Origin: Piromyces finnis finn
Taxonomy: Eukaryota > Fungi > Neocallimastigomycota
Reading direction: 5' to 3'
NCBI GenBank assembly: GCA_002104945.1
Contig: MCFH01000049.1
Location: forward strand, 186,001-250,000
DNA length: 64,000 nucleotides
In this document: positions 48,807 to 62,551 of the stretch, one piece after another
How positions within the stretch are numbered: the first letter of the stretch is position 1
Layout of the letters: each line of letters starts with the position of its first letter
The notes under the pieces: generated by a model
The model's input: only the letters and a program-made list of their open reading frames with translations
Database searches by the model: none
What the model was told of the DNA's origin: nothing
Position numbers and translations under genes: made by a program

Positions 48807-51412
48807 TTAATTAATATATACAGAAGGATGATTTTCTGAACCAAAAGATATTTTATTTTTTTTCTTTCTTTCCTCTTCTTCTTTTATAATTTCCTTTTTT
48901 GTTTTTATATAACCAATGACTATTGTTACAAGTAGAATTATAAAACATACTCCAAAAATTAGAATAACCATTAATTTAGTATTTTTTTTCGTTTTTAATA
49001 ATGGGTTATTTGACATATCTCTTTATATTTAATTAAAAAAAATTAATTTTTTTATATATATTAAAAAATAAAAAAATTATATTTATAATCCTATTATCTT
49101 ATTTATAAATAAATATAAAAAGATTAATTACAAATTCTTTATATTTAATTTATTAATTTCTTTTGGAATTGAACCACTTAAATTATTGTTAGATAAAGAT
49201 CTATTTAAAAAAAAAATACAAAAAAATAAATAAAAAATAAATTAATTAATTATATATAAGAATAATATATATATTTTTCCTATACATTTTATATTGAGGA
49301 TTAATTACAAGGTTTTTAATTTTGACAGCTTTCCAAGTTCAGGTGGTATAGAATCAGTTAAATTATTATTTGATAAATCTCTAATTTATTTAAAAATTAA
49401 ATTTATCGATTTTTAAAAATAATTGTTATTCTCATGTGAAAATAAATATTATATAATTGGTATTTTCAACAAATATTTGGTTTATAATTAATTACAGTCT
49501 TTCTAATTTAGATAAATTTCCAAGTTCCGGAGGAATGGAACCTACCAAATTATTATGATATAAATCTCTAACAATTTATAATAAAATAATAATAATTAAT
49601 ATATGTGTTATAGTATAATATAGTGAAAATGTTATATAATATATTATTTATGCTATTAACAGATATTTTAATTGAGATAAATTTCCAAGTTCAGGAGGAA
49701 TGGAACCACTTAAATTATTTGTATCTAATTCTCTATTCAAATAATTATGAAAAGCTTTAATAATAAATAATATAAAGTAATAATTGCAACAATAAAAAGA
49801 TAAATATTAATTACAATGAGTTTAGATTTAACAAATTTCCAAGTTCAGGTGGAATAGTACCAGTTAATTCATTCATGGATAATTCACTTTTTCAAGGTAA
49901 AATAAAACATATGTTAATAATTTGTAAAATTATTATTATTAAATATTATAGAAAATTATAAAGTACAGTCTTTCCAAGTTTAGTAATTTTCCAAGTTCAG
50001 CTGGTATTGGACCATTCAAAATATTTTGATTTAACATTCTTTTTTTTAGAAAAATAAAAAAATTAAAAAGAAATACAGTTTTATTCATATATTTAATTTT
50101 TAAAAGGTATATATATATTTTAAAGTTTATTACAATTGTTTTAATTTTTGTAAATTTCCAAATGATGAAGGAATTGAACCTGTTATATTACTTACAGGAA
50201 ATCCTCTTTTATTGAAATGCAAATTTTTATTAATATAAAAAAACTAATACACTTTCATATATTACAATGTTTAAATAATTACAAAAATTCCAAATTAGAT
50301 AAATTCCCAATTTCAGTGGGTAAAGGGCCATTCAAATTTCCAGCTATAAATCTTTTATATATATATATAATGAATATAAACTTTTTTCTTTTTTTTTTTT
50401 TTTACAATAATATTGTTTACTTTAACTTTAAAATATTTACAAAGTTTTTAATTTTGTTAAATTACCAAGTTCAGAAGGTATTGAACCAACTATATTATTT
50501 CCTGATAAATATCTGTTTTAAAAATTTTAAGAATTGAATATAATAAATATATTTATAATTATTGCTTTATTTATTATTATATTTTAAATAAAATTTAATA
50601 ATTAATTACAAATATTCTAAATAAGATAATTTTCCAAATTCAGGCATAGACCCTTTTAAATTTATATTATTATCTGAATGATAATAATATCTATTTAAAT
50701 AAAAATTATAGGTAATATTAATATAAAATAAAAAGGACAAATAAATCAATTAAAAGATTTTAAAAATATTTAAATTTATGGTTAATAAAATAATACTGCA
50801 ATATCATAAGGTAATATTAAATAATAATTAACTAGTTGTCATCATTGTTTGATTTATAACATTTAATAATATACATAAAGAGATGTACTATAAATTTTAT
50901 AATTTTATAATTGTATATTGAAAGGAAATTTTATTGTGTTAAATTACAAAATTACAATATCCAATATCTTAAAGTTTTATTATTTTTTGTTTAAAAGGTA
51001 AAATATATATATATATTTTAAAATAATAAATTTTATTATGAACTATTATTTTGATAACCTTTAAAAAAAAAAAAGTAAAAATAACTATAAGTAGATGGTA
51101 TAAAGGATAAAAGCTTTCTTCTTTTTAAAATTTGCTCTAGTACTACTATTCATAAAGAAATATACAAACAATAAACTTATATATTTTTTTTAATGATAAA
51201 TAACAACAACAATAATAAAAAACTCTTTACATTCTAGTTATATGGCCATTTAAACATGTAATTCCTGAATATTGACAACAGTTATACGATGGTTCTTTAT
51301 TCAATATTTCGTTTATATAAATACATTCGTCACTAGTATTATTTTGTGCATAAACAAGTTTTATTAGAATAATAATGATAGTAATTAATAAAGTTAAAGG
51401 GTTCATTATCAA
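48807..51412 (-). CDS. LRR receptor-like protein 10 (9 LRR exons, cap, TM, SFGSENHPS tail)
   Basis: Exon 1 is ORF 51227..51412. Exons of 81, 72, 69 and 6x72 nt, then a cap exon and a last exon overlapping ORF 48807..49016. Confidence 0.87.
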
Positions 51413-52577
51413 TTTATTACTAAAAGATAATAACTTTATTGTTTTAAAATAAAAATATTTCTTTTTTTTTTTGTTATTTATATAACATAAATAAGGTTTC
51501 TAAGGTTAATTATAAATTATTTATTTATAGTAATTTTTTCATATATATAAATATCAACTTAAAAAAAAAAAAACAAAGAAATAAAGTAGAATTATCAAAT
51601 ATTCTTTTTCAACATTCCTTTTCTTCCATATTATATTTATTATTAATATTTTCCCTTTTGAAATATATTAAAAAAAAAAAAAGCTATAAAGATGATAAAT
51701 ATTTGAAATATAATAAAAATTCCTTTAATTAAAATTAAACTTTTTGCTTCATTTAAAGGGAATTTTATTTAAAGTTCTTACTCTACCATCAAAACCAGAG
51801 AAATTGTTCCTTGGAAAAACTGTACTTAAAATTCAGAAATTTACTCAACCATAAAAAAATTATATATTTATTGATATAACAAAAATAAAAAATAAAATAG
51901 TTTTTATTCATATATTCATAAACAGCTTTTTATTACTATTTTTATAATAATAAAATTATATATTAATTATTAATGAATATAATTATTAATCTCTATTTTT
52001 TTTTTCTTCTTCTTATTTTAACTATTAATTTATAATATTATATAATGTTATTCAATTTCTATGAAAGTACATTGATTTTTATTTATTACAAAGTAAAATA
52101 TTAAAATATTTACTTCATTTTAATCTATACTATACAATATTAAGATTTCTTATAACATAAATTATTTTTTAAAAAATTGCTTTTTTTAAAAACATAAACT
52201 GTATATCATGAAAAAATAACTATATTAAATAACAATTAATTCATAAAAGAGAAAAGTCATAATAATTTTTAATAATTTAGTTTTAAAAAATATAGAGATT
52301 TATATAATAAATCTCTATATAATATCAAAGAAACGTTTTTTTATTAGAATCTATTTTATTAATACTAAATACCTATATTCTTTATAAAATAGGAAATAAA
52401 AAAAAATTATAAATAATAATATTGATAAAAATATATAATAGAACATATTGAATAGGAAAATAATTTAAAATGCTTATGATTGTAAATAGATTTCTTTAAA
52501 TTTTATTTAAAGTAATATTAAAAAATAATTAGTAGTTATTTTTTTTTTTTTTCAATTTTCGATAGTTTATAAATATT

Positions 52578-54563
52578 TCAATGACTATTAATTATAATAT
52601 TACTAATTACTGGAGTATTACTATTATTATTTGTAGCATATTGTTCTGAAGAAATTGCATTACTTGTACTATTTTCACTATTAATATTTCTATTATTTCT
52701 ATTATCTCTATTATTCAAATATAAATAGAGTTTTGCAAAAATAACTAAAAATATACATATTATAATTGGAGTAATAACAATAAATATATTGCTCGATTTA
52801 TCATTTAATAATGGATTATTATATGTGTATCTATTTGTTATATACAAGTTTATATTATTAAAATTTTAATATACTATATTATTAATATTATAAATATAAT
52901 TACAATTTTATATTTTTTTTCTTAATTTCTTTTGGTATAGTACCACTTAAATTATTATTAATTAATCGTCTAATTTAAATATAGATACATAAATTACAAT
53001 TATTATTATAAAAAATATAACCTATAAATATATAATATAACGTATATGAAATTATGAAATTATTACATGGTTTTAAGTTTTGATAAATTTCCAAGTTCAG
53101 ATGGTATAGGGCCGGTCAAGTAATTATTAGATAAATCTCTATTTTTATACGAAAAGAAATATTTAGTCATGTCATATGTATTAATATAATGTATAAAAAG
53201 ATAATGTTTATGTTTGATATATTATAACTTAGTACAGTTCTTCCAAGTTTAATAAATTTCCAAATTCATGAGGAATGGTACCATTTAATACATTTTGATA
53301 TAAAAATCTTTAAAAAGTTGAAAATAAAAAAAAATTAATAAACTACCAATAACTATATATTATTATTGATTATTTTTAGAAATAATTTGTTAACTATTTT
53401 ACAATTGCTTTAATTTTGATAAATTTCCAAGGGATGAAGGAATTGAACCTGTTAAATGATTTTCAGATAGGTTTCTTTTTTTTTTTTTTTTTTTTTTTTG
53501 AAATAAAATATATATTAATAAAGTAAATAAATACATTTTTCATAATACAAGTCTTTTAATATTTACAATTTTTCTAAATTAGATAAATTTCCAAGTTCAG
53601 GAGGTATAGAACCAGTTATATAATTTCTACTTATTTTTCTATTTCAAATAAAAGTTAAAATATTAATAAATTTAAGTTTAATAAAATAAATGGAATATAC
53701 ATAGGATAATCACAAATTTTCCAAGTTGACTAAATTCCCAAGTTCAGGTGGTATTGCACCTTCAAGTATATTTTGTTCAAAATTTCTTTCAAATGAAAAT
53801 ATTTTAATTATTATTAAATTGTGTATTATAATTTTTCATTTTTTTTTTAAAAAAAAAAGTTATCAACATTAAATTACAAATTCTTTAAATTCGACAAGTT
53901 TCCTAATGAAGAAGGAATTGAACCTGTTAAATAGCATCCATGGACTTTTCTTTTTTTAAAATTATGTAATAAAATTTAATCATTAATGAAGAAAACAAAT
54001 ATATATATTTCATAAATAATATTTAAACAATTACAATTCTTCCAAATTAGATAAATTTCCAAGTTCAGGTGGTATTGAATCATATATATATTTTCCTTGT
54101 ATATATCTATTTAATAATATTAAAAGAGAAATATAATAAATATATAAACTTTTAAAATACTACTTTTATTTAAAAAAAATAGTACAAATATTTTAAATTC
54201 GATAAATTGCCAAATTTAAATTTAACTATTTTTTATATATAAAAGAACCCACTTCAAAATATATAAAAATATCTTTTTTTTTTCTATAAAAATTTAACAT
54301 GGTATTGATTCGCATAAAATAAAATATTCGTCATGTTTATAACGTAATTATTTAAAAAGTTAAATTCATTACATTTTAATGATATGACCATTTGAACATT
54401 CAATTTCAGTATCTGAACAACAATTATATGAAGGATCTTTTTTCAATAATTTATTTATAACATCACATTCTTTATTATCTCTTTTTTGCTGTTGCTGTTG
54501 TTTTTGGGTATAAACACATTTTACTATAATAATAAAACTAACGAGTAAAATTAATATATTCAT
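52578..54563 (-). CDS. LRR receptor-like protein 11 (7 intact LRR exons, cap, TM, Asn/Ser-rich tail)
   Basis: Exon 1 is ORF 54369..54563. A damaged second exon lies near 54185-54250. Seven 72-nt exons between about 54.1 and 53.07 kb, a cap exon and a last exon overlapping ORF 52578..52847. Confidence 0.83.
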
Positions 54564-55079
54564 TAAAATTTTAAATAAGTATTAAAACTTTAAAATGTTA
54601 TTTTTTATAATATTATTAATATAAAAAAAAAAAAAAAAAAAAAAAAAAAGATAGAAAGATTTTTTAAAGGTTATTTTTAGTAACATTTTTATTTTTAAAG
54701 TAGTAATGATTTGATTAAAAATTAGATATAAACTATAATAATAGAAATATGCTATTCTATTTTTTTTTTATTTTATTTTTTGATTTTTATTAATATTTCT
54801 AGGCAAAAATATTAACAGAAGATTAATGTACTATATAATATTATATAATATAATATTTTTTTTAAAAAAAAAAAAATATAAATTTTGTATAGTAATGGAA
54901 TAATTATTATTATTAATAATATTTGGATTAAAAATTACTGTTTTTAATTGAATAATTCTTATTTTTAATGATTTAAAATAAATATTGATTTATTAAAAAT
55001 AACCATCTTTATTAAAAGTTAGAAATTCACTATTCTACTTAATATAATAATTGTATTTGATATCCTTTGTAACTAAAAG

Positions 55080-55870
55080 TCAATTATGATCTTGATGGCT
55101 TGTCTTTGTATTACTTCCGATTTAATCCTTACTAAAAATTGACCATTACTTCTGTTATTAATAACCTATTTATTAACTATATGGAATTCCACAATAACAC
55201 TAATGATAATGGTTATTTTTGATTTATTTACCATTTTTAAATGTAATTCTAATTCTATTGTATAATTATTTATTTTTATATATTTGTGTAGTTGGAGTAA
55301 ATACCTAGGATTTTAATTTATTTTACTATCATTTTATTATTTAAAAACATAAATGATTCTTAATAAAATAAAGATTAAAGTTTTAAAGTTTTTAAAAATA
55401 TTTAATAAAAATAACTTTTCTTCTTTCCCTTTCAGAGGAATAAATAATAATTTGATTCTTATATTATAATATGTTATCATTTTAAAATGGATAAAAAGAT
55501 TGTCAAGAAAGCAAAGTGAAATTTTTTTTGTGTAGAATAAAGGAAGAACATTATAAAATCCATTGAAACTGATGAACAAATAGATTGTTCATTAATTTCT
55601 GTAACATTACACGTACATAAAGATAGTCAGGAGTAACCCTATTAAACCAAATTTTAGAAATAATTTTAATACCAATATTTAAGAGAAATATACCACAATA
55701 GTTATTACATTCTTAAAGATCATATTTTTTTGAAATTGAACCAATGGAAGCAGATATTTGTTGGATGATTATTTTCTATTTAATATATTGAACACATAAA
55801 GAAAATCTTTTTTTTTCAACAACATCTGAAAAATCTTTTATAATGATCTAGGATCAGACATATCACATAA
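55080..55870 (-). mobile_element. Fossil LINE reverse transcriptase fragment
   Basis: 55754-55650 translates SASIGSISKKYDL*ECNNYCGIFLLNIGIKIISKI, against ESSIVSIPKKGDLTDCDNYRGISLINNGIKLISKI in the intact LINE. SLCFLD in ORF 55337..55579 corresponds to YLAFLD. Confidence 0.65.
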
Positions 55871-56157
55871 GGCAATATAGATCATTTTTTATTAACAAAC
55901 ACTTTAATATATAAAATATTTAAATTTATCAAATTATACTTTATATAAATATTTTATAAAAAAATTAATTATGAACTATTTATTTAAAAAAAGGAAATTT
56001 TTCATTATTATAAAGTATTTAATTGTAAGGTTTATTAATAGATCTTTTAAAAGTACATATATTAACATAAAAAAATGGATAAAATAATATTAAATAAAAA
56101 AAAAAGATTACGTCTATATTATAATCATAGACGTAGTCCTTATTATCATCATTATTA

Positions 56158-59100
56158 TTAATTCCAACAAATACCATATTTTCTTTGACATTTTTTATTG
56201 TGACTGCAGTAACTACTAGTAGTTCCACAGAATCCTTCTTTACTGCAACATTGACCTTCAGGACATGATCCCCATGATCTACCACATCTCAATTCACATT
56301 TATTTTTTTGGACACTACCAGAACATGTTCTTTCAAGTACGAATACATTTTATTTTTAGAATATATTATGTTTATATTAATATATTTTTATATTGAAATT
56401 AAAATATATTCAGTTATAAAAAATTAGAATATTATAAAATTTAGTACTATTCTCCAGAAAATGAATAAATTTTTTTATATTGACTTACATTTCATTTCCA
56501 TTTTGTAAACTCTTATCTTTTATATTTTCACAGTCAATGCAATTATAAGATACATCACTAATTATATGTTATTATTTTTTTATACATATTTTTATAGTTT
56601 AGTCATGATATTTACTATTAATATTAATTTATAGTATTATAATTTATTCTACTAATTTATATTTACAATGTAGTAAAATTAGTTAGATTTTCAACATCAG
56701 GAATAGGTCCACTTAAATTATTATTTGATAAATCTCTATATATTATTATAATTTATTTAATGTAAAAAAATATATAGATAGATTATTATTAAGATATATT
56801 ATAAATCCTTGTTAAAATTATGATAGCATAAAAATTTTTCTCTTACAAAATGATAAGTTCAGACATTTTTTCGATAGTTGAAGGAATTTTACCAGTTAAT
56901 TGATTGTTATTTAAATATCTATTTAATTTAATTATTCATCAATAAAATAGTTAATAAATAATAATTCTATTTTTATTTTAACTCTATAAATTATGAATAT
57001 ATTTAATATTTACAAATATTTTAAATTAGTCAAATTTCCAATTTCCGAAGGAATTTCACCAGTCAATTGATTATCTTCCAAAAATCTATTTAATTCATTT
57101 ATTAATTAATATTTAAAAGTCAAAATTATTTTTAATTTTAATTATAAAACTTTTTTAAATATTTTTAATATTTACATATCTTGTAATAAAGATAATTTTC
57201 CAATAGTTGAAGGAATTTTACCAGACAATTGATTCTCCATGAAATATCTATTTAGTTTAATGAATAAAACTTAGTTATTTTAATTTCTTATTTCAATTAT
57301 TGATATTTTTAATAATTTCAATATTTACGAATGTTGTAATGAAGATAAATTTCCAATGGTTGAAGGGATGGAACCTTTCAATTGATTATTATTTAACCAT
57401 CTAATATAATTTATTTAATATTTTATGAATAAAATAATACTCTTTATTTTTATCAAATAAATAATAAATATTTTTTAATATTTACATGTCTCGTAATGAA
57501 GATAATTTTCCAATTTCTGAAGGGATTTTTCCAGTTAATTTATTCCAAGCTAAAATTCTATTTTAATTTAATTATTTTTTCATCAATAATTTAACAAGTA
57601 AAACTTTTTTTTATTTTTACTTTAAATATAAAGAATTTTAATATTTACAAACGTTGCATATTAGTTAATTTTCCAATAGTTGAAGGAATTTCACCGGTCA
57701 ATTGATTATCGCATAAAATTCTATTCAATTCATTCATTAGTATTAAAAATCTTTTTTTTTAATTTCATAAATAAATATTTATAATATTATTAATATTTAC
57801 AAAACTTTTAAATTAGATAAATTTCCAATAACAGAAGGAATAGTTCCTTTTAATTTATTAGAATTTAACCATCTATATAATATAGTTATTCATTAATATT
57901 AATATGTAAAAAAGTATTTTTTTTATTTTTATTATTTTAATTATAAATATTCTTACAATTCTTGTAAATTTTTTAACTTTCCAATAGCCGAAGGAATTTC
58001 ACCAGTTAATTGATTAAAATTTAAATATCTATTTAATTATTCATTAATATAATGGTTAATAAGTAATGATTCTATTTTTTATTTTACCTCTATAAATTAT
58101 AAATATATTTAATATTTACAAATATTTTAAATTAGTTAATTTTCTAATAGTTGAAGGAATTTCACCAGTTAATTGATTATCATCTAAATATCTATTTAAT
58201 TCATTCATTAATTCATAATTTAGTAAATTAAAAATTTATTTTAATAATTATAAAAGTTATAAACACTCTTAATATTTACAAATATTGTAAGGCAGATAAA
58301 TTTCCAATTTCTGAAGGAATGGTTCCAGTCAGTCTATTTTTATCTAAATGTCTATTTATTAACAAAATATTTAATGAGTAAAAAAATTTTTAATTAATTA
58401 TATAAATATTTTTAAAATTTCAAATATTTACAACCAAACTAGTTTTTTCAAATTTCCAATAGTTGAAGGAATGGATCCTTCCAATTGATTAGAATTTAGC
58501 CATCTAATATATTAATTAATATTTAATGAATAAAAATTATTTTTTATTTTGATTATATATAAATTATAAATGTTTTTAATATTTACATTTCATATAATTC
58601 ATGAAGGTTTCCAATTTCTGAAGGAATTTTTCCAGTTAACTTATTCCAAGCTAAAGCTCTATTTTAAGTTATTTTTATTTTTATCATAATATAATAAGTA
58701 ATTTATTTTTTTATTTTTACTCTTTTTATAAATATTTTTAGTATTTTCAATATTTACGAATGCTGTAAATTGGTTAAATTTCCAATAGTTGAAGGAATAG
58801 ATCCAGTTAATTGATTACTATCTAAATATCTATTTTATTTATTTTGTTTAATAAGTAAAAAGTTATTTTTATTTCAATTATAAAAGTTTTAAATGCTTTT
58901 TAACATTATTAATATTTACAACCAAATTAATTTAGTTAATTTCCCAATTTCTGAAGGAATGGATCCAGTTAATTTATTACTATTTAAATATCTATTTAAT
59001 TTTATTTATTCATTAATATAATTAGAAAAAAAATTATTTCTATTTTTATTATAAATATTTTTAATATTTTTCAATATTTACAATTCTTGTAAATTTTCTA

Positions 59101-59633
59101 AATTTCCAATAGTTGAAGGAATGGTTCCTGTTAATTGATTACCACTTAAAAGTCTATTTTTATTTTGTAATAATAAATATTTGATAAGTAAAAATTATTA
59201 ATTAAAAAATTATAAATACTTTTATAATTATTAATATTTACAAAATTCTTAAATTGGTTAAATTTCCAATAGTTGAAGGAATTTCACCAGTTAATTGGTT
59301 ATCACTTAAGACCCTATTTAAATTTTATTTATTCATTAATGTTTATTGAGTAAAAATAAATTTTATTTTATTTTATTTTATATTATATTATATTATTAAA
59401 AAATATTTTTACATTTCGGTGATTCGACCATTCTCACATGTAATGTATTGATAATTATCACCTCTAATATTGCAACAATTAGCAACAGAATATTTTTGTT
59501 TCCATAAACTTTCAATAGCTTTACAATCGTTTGGTGCTGTTTCTTCATCACGTTTTGATAATTTGTCAATGGAATAAGAAAGTGAAGTGCTAGACACTGT
59601 CAAAACCAAACCTAAGAACCTAGACAGTCTCAT
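56158..59633 (-). CDS. Secreted LRR protein with C-terminal hevein-like chitin-binding domain (CBM18); 16 LRR exons, no TM
   Basis: Exon 1 is ORF 59409..59633. Sixteen 72-nt exons (consensus xLxxNQLTGxIPSxIGNLTNL), a 69-nt cap exon and a 69-nt exon (DVSYNCIDCENIKDKSLQNGNE) follow. Last exon 56329-56158 reads TCSGSVQKNKCELRCGRSWGSCPEGQCCSKEGFCGTTSSYCSHNKKCQRKYGICWN*, matching the hevein pattern CG...C...CCS..G[FWY]CG....YC. Confidence 0.88.
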
Positions 59634-61768
59634 TTTAAATGATAACTTACTTTTCGTGAAATTTTTTAATAAACTTTTTTTAAAATTTTAGAATTTATAA
59701 AAAAAAGAAAAATTAATAACAAAATGAAAATAGTTCTTTTCATATTTTTTGAATAAAAACTAAATATTATAAAATACTTGTCTTTTCTTTTTTTAAATTT
59801 TTATTATAGCAGAAATATTTTAAATCATTTTCTCTTTTTTATTATAGATCTTTTTTTTTTTTAAATTTCAATTTAATGTTTTCCATCTTTATAGGTTTAT
59901 TTTATTTTATTCTTTTTTTCTTATATTTTTTACATTTATTAAATAAATCCATTGAATTATAGTAATAATATAACATTAAAAGAAAAGAAAATATTCATAC
60001 CTTTTAACAACTCTTTGATTTTTTTTTTTTTTATTTTTTTTTTGTTTTTTTAGACAAAGAAGAGAAAAAGATTCTTTGAAGAAGAAATGAAGATTTAAAT
60101 TTGGAAAAACTCATTTAGGGATGATCCGTAAATTAATATAAATTAATTTATTGACATTATATATTAATTTATATTAATAAAATTTAATAAAATTTAATTA
60201 AATTAATTTATATTAAAAAAAAGATAATAAATCGATAAATTTAAAAAAAAAAAAAGTCTTAATTATTCATTTAATAATAGAATAAAATAGGTTTAATATT
60301 TTTTATTTCTTTATTATTAATCAATAGTGAATAGATATTTAAATACCATGATTATTATTGTTTAAATAGTATAGTTATTATTCATTAGTACTATCTTTAT
60401 CTTCTTTTTTTTATCTTTAGTTTTTAACCAATCAATTTCCGTCATCAAAATTAATTAATTAAAAATAAATTCTTTAATTTAAAAAAGAAATTCTTCAAAG
60501 AAGAGAAATTCTTGAAAAAGTACAATTCATTTTTAATGATAGCTGAGTTTTAAATAATATGAATAATAAAGAAATTATATTCATAATTATTCAAACGGTT
60601 AAGAATCATAAATAATAAATATTATTTCATTATTAAGAATACAGTATATTATTCTATATTCACTTTTTTTTATTTATGATATTTTATTTTTATTTGAAAT
60701 TTTGAACAATTCATTTCGTTAATAATATTAATTTTTATAAAATCAATAAAGATATTTTAAATGGATCTATACTACTCTAAATCTTGAAATTGAATAATTT
60801 TTGCAAATTGCTCATATTTATTGTAATTAAACTTTTTTTTAGTGTGGATTAAAAATATTTATTGTAATATACTAACTTTCATTTTTCATTAATCTTTCAT
60901 TTTCATTAGTATAAAAATTGAAATATAAACTATTTTTATACAACAATTAAATAATTGGAAATTCATTACCTGGTGGTGAATAGGCTTATAGAAACACTGT
61001 TACAAAGTAAATATTTTAATTGTCATTTAATTACTTGAATAATTTAAACATAGTAATATTTTACAGAAAATACAATCATTTGTATCACTTTTTTGGAAAA
61101 AATTGATAATTCTTTTAATAAAAAATTGAATTAATTCTATGTTATTTAAAAAGAAATTTCTTTTCAACTTAAAAAAAAAAGAAACCTTTTAAAATTGTTT
61201 TAAAATTTTAACAAATATTTAAAGGAAAAAATAATAAAATTACTAAACAACAGTTAATTATAAATATATATATATATATATTTATTTATTGTATTAATTT
61301 GAATTTTCAAGAAAATTTTATAAGATGGACTAATAATAAAATATGATTATTTTATTATTAAAAAACTTTATATTATAAAATTTATATTATATTTATTCAT
61401 AATCAAGTATCATAATGTTTTGTATTTTTTTTTCAGTTTTTTGAATATTTAACAAAAGTAAAATTTAATATATTCACCATTATTTTCATAATTCATTATA
61501 TTTTATTTAAAGTAATTTGAATTATATATATATATATAAAAGTATTATTTACTATTTACTAATATATTACTATATTATTAATTATTGAATTGGTAATCTG
61601 CATTACTTTCAAAATGGTGCTTTTTTTATGTTTATAGAATAATTCAAAAATAACAAATAATAGGAATACAGTATTTAAAATAACTATAATAATTCTTTTA
61701 TATTTAACTTCTTTATTTTTATTATTAAAAAGAATTAATAATAAAAAAATTATTAAATTGTAAAATAC

Positions 61769-61848
61769 AATATTTCCAAACTAAACAAGTTTCCTAATTC
61801 GAGTGAATAAATCTAACAATAAAAGTAAAGGAAGAAACTCGGTTTGAT
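61769..61848 (-). pseudogene. Orphan degenerate LRR exon
   Basis: AG...GT-bounded segment ending LELGNLFSLEI, with a frame disruption in its 5' half and no intact gene around it. Confidence 0.45.
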
Positions 61849-62197
61849 CTATTTTAATTCAATTGCTTTAAATAAACTCATTTTAGCTTAATAGTTTTGT
61901 GTTTATTTTTGTAGCTTATTCTACTATATATTATTTTTATTTATTTTATATACATTGTTTTACATTTAAATTCTGTATCTTTTAATTATTTAAAAAAGAA
62001 AATAGTTATCAAGTAACACTTTTCTTTTTTAAACTTTTAATATTATTATTTATTTTAATAATTAATTTTATTATAACAATACAATAATATTTCATTATAT
62101 AATAAATAAATTATTGAACAAAAAATATTCATTATTGTTTAAAAAAATATACATTATTAGAAATATGATAGTTTTGTATAATATTATTGCTAAAATT

Positions 62198-62470
62198 TTA
62201 ATTTTCACTTAATATTGATTCATCCTCAAATGTATTTACAAATGCATTTCCTGTGGAAATTGGTGCATTATTATTCATGTTATTAGTTCTTTTTTTGTTT
62301 TTCCTGAATACTTTTAAATATATTATCACCGATAACAGAATTATAAATACACTACCAACAATTAAAACGACAATTAATGAATTATAACCTTTATTAGTTT
62401 TTAACTGTGGATTATTAGAAAAATAACTTTTTATAAAAAAATATTGTTATGTACAAATTTTATATTAATA

Positions 62471-62551
<81 letters not shown>

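Noticed and set aside
59700-61700. Further LRR gene between genes 12 and 13
   Set aside because: Only vague fragments (e.g. near 60960); no model could be built.
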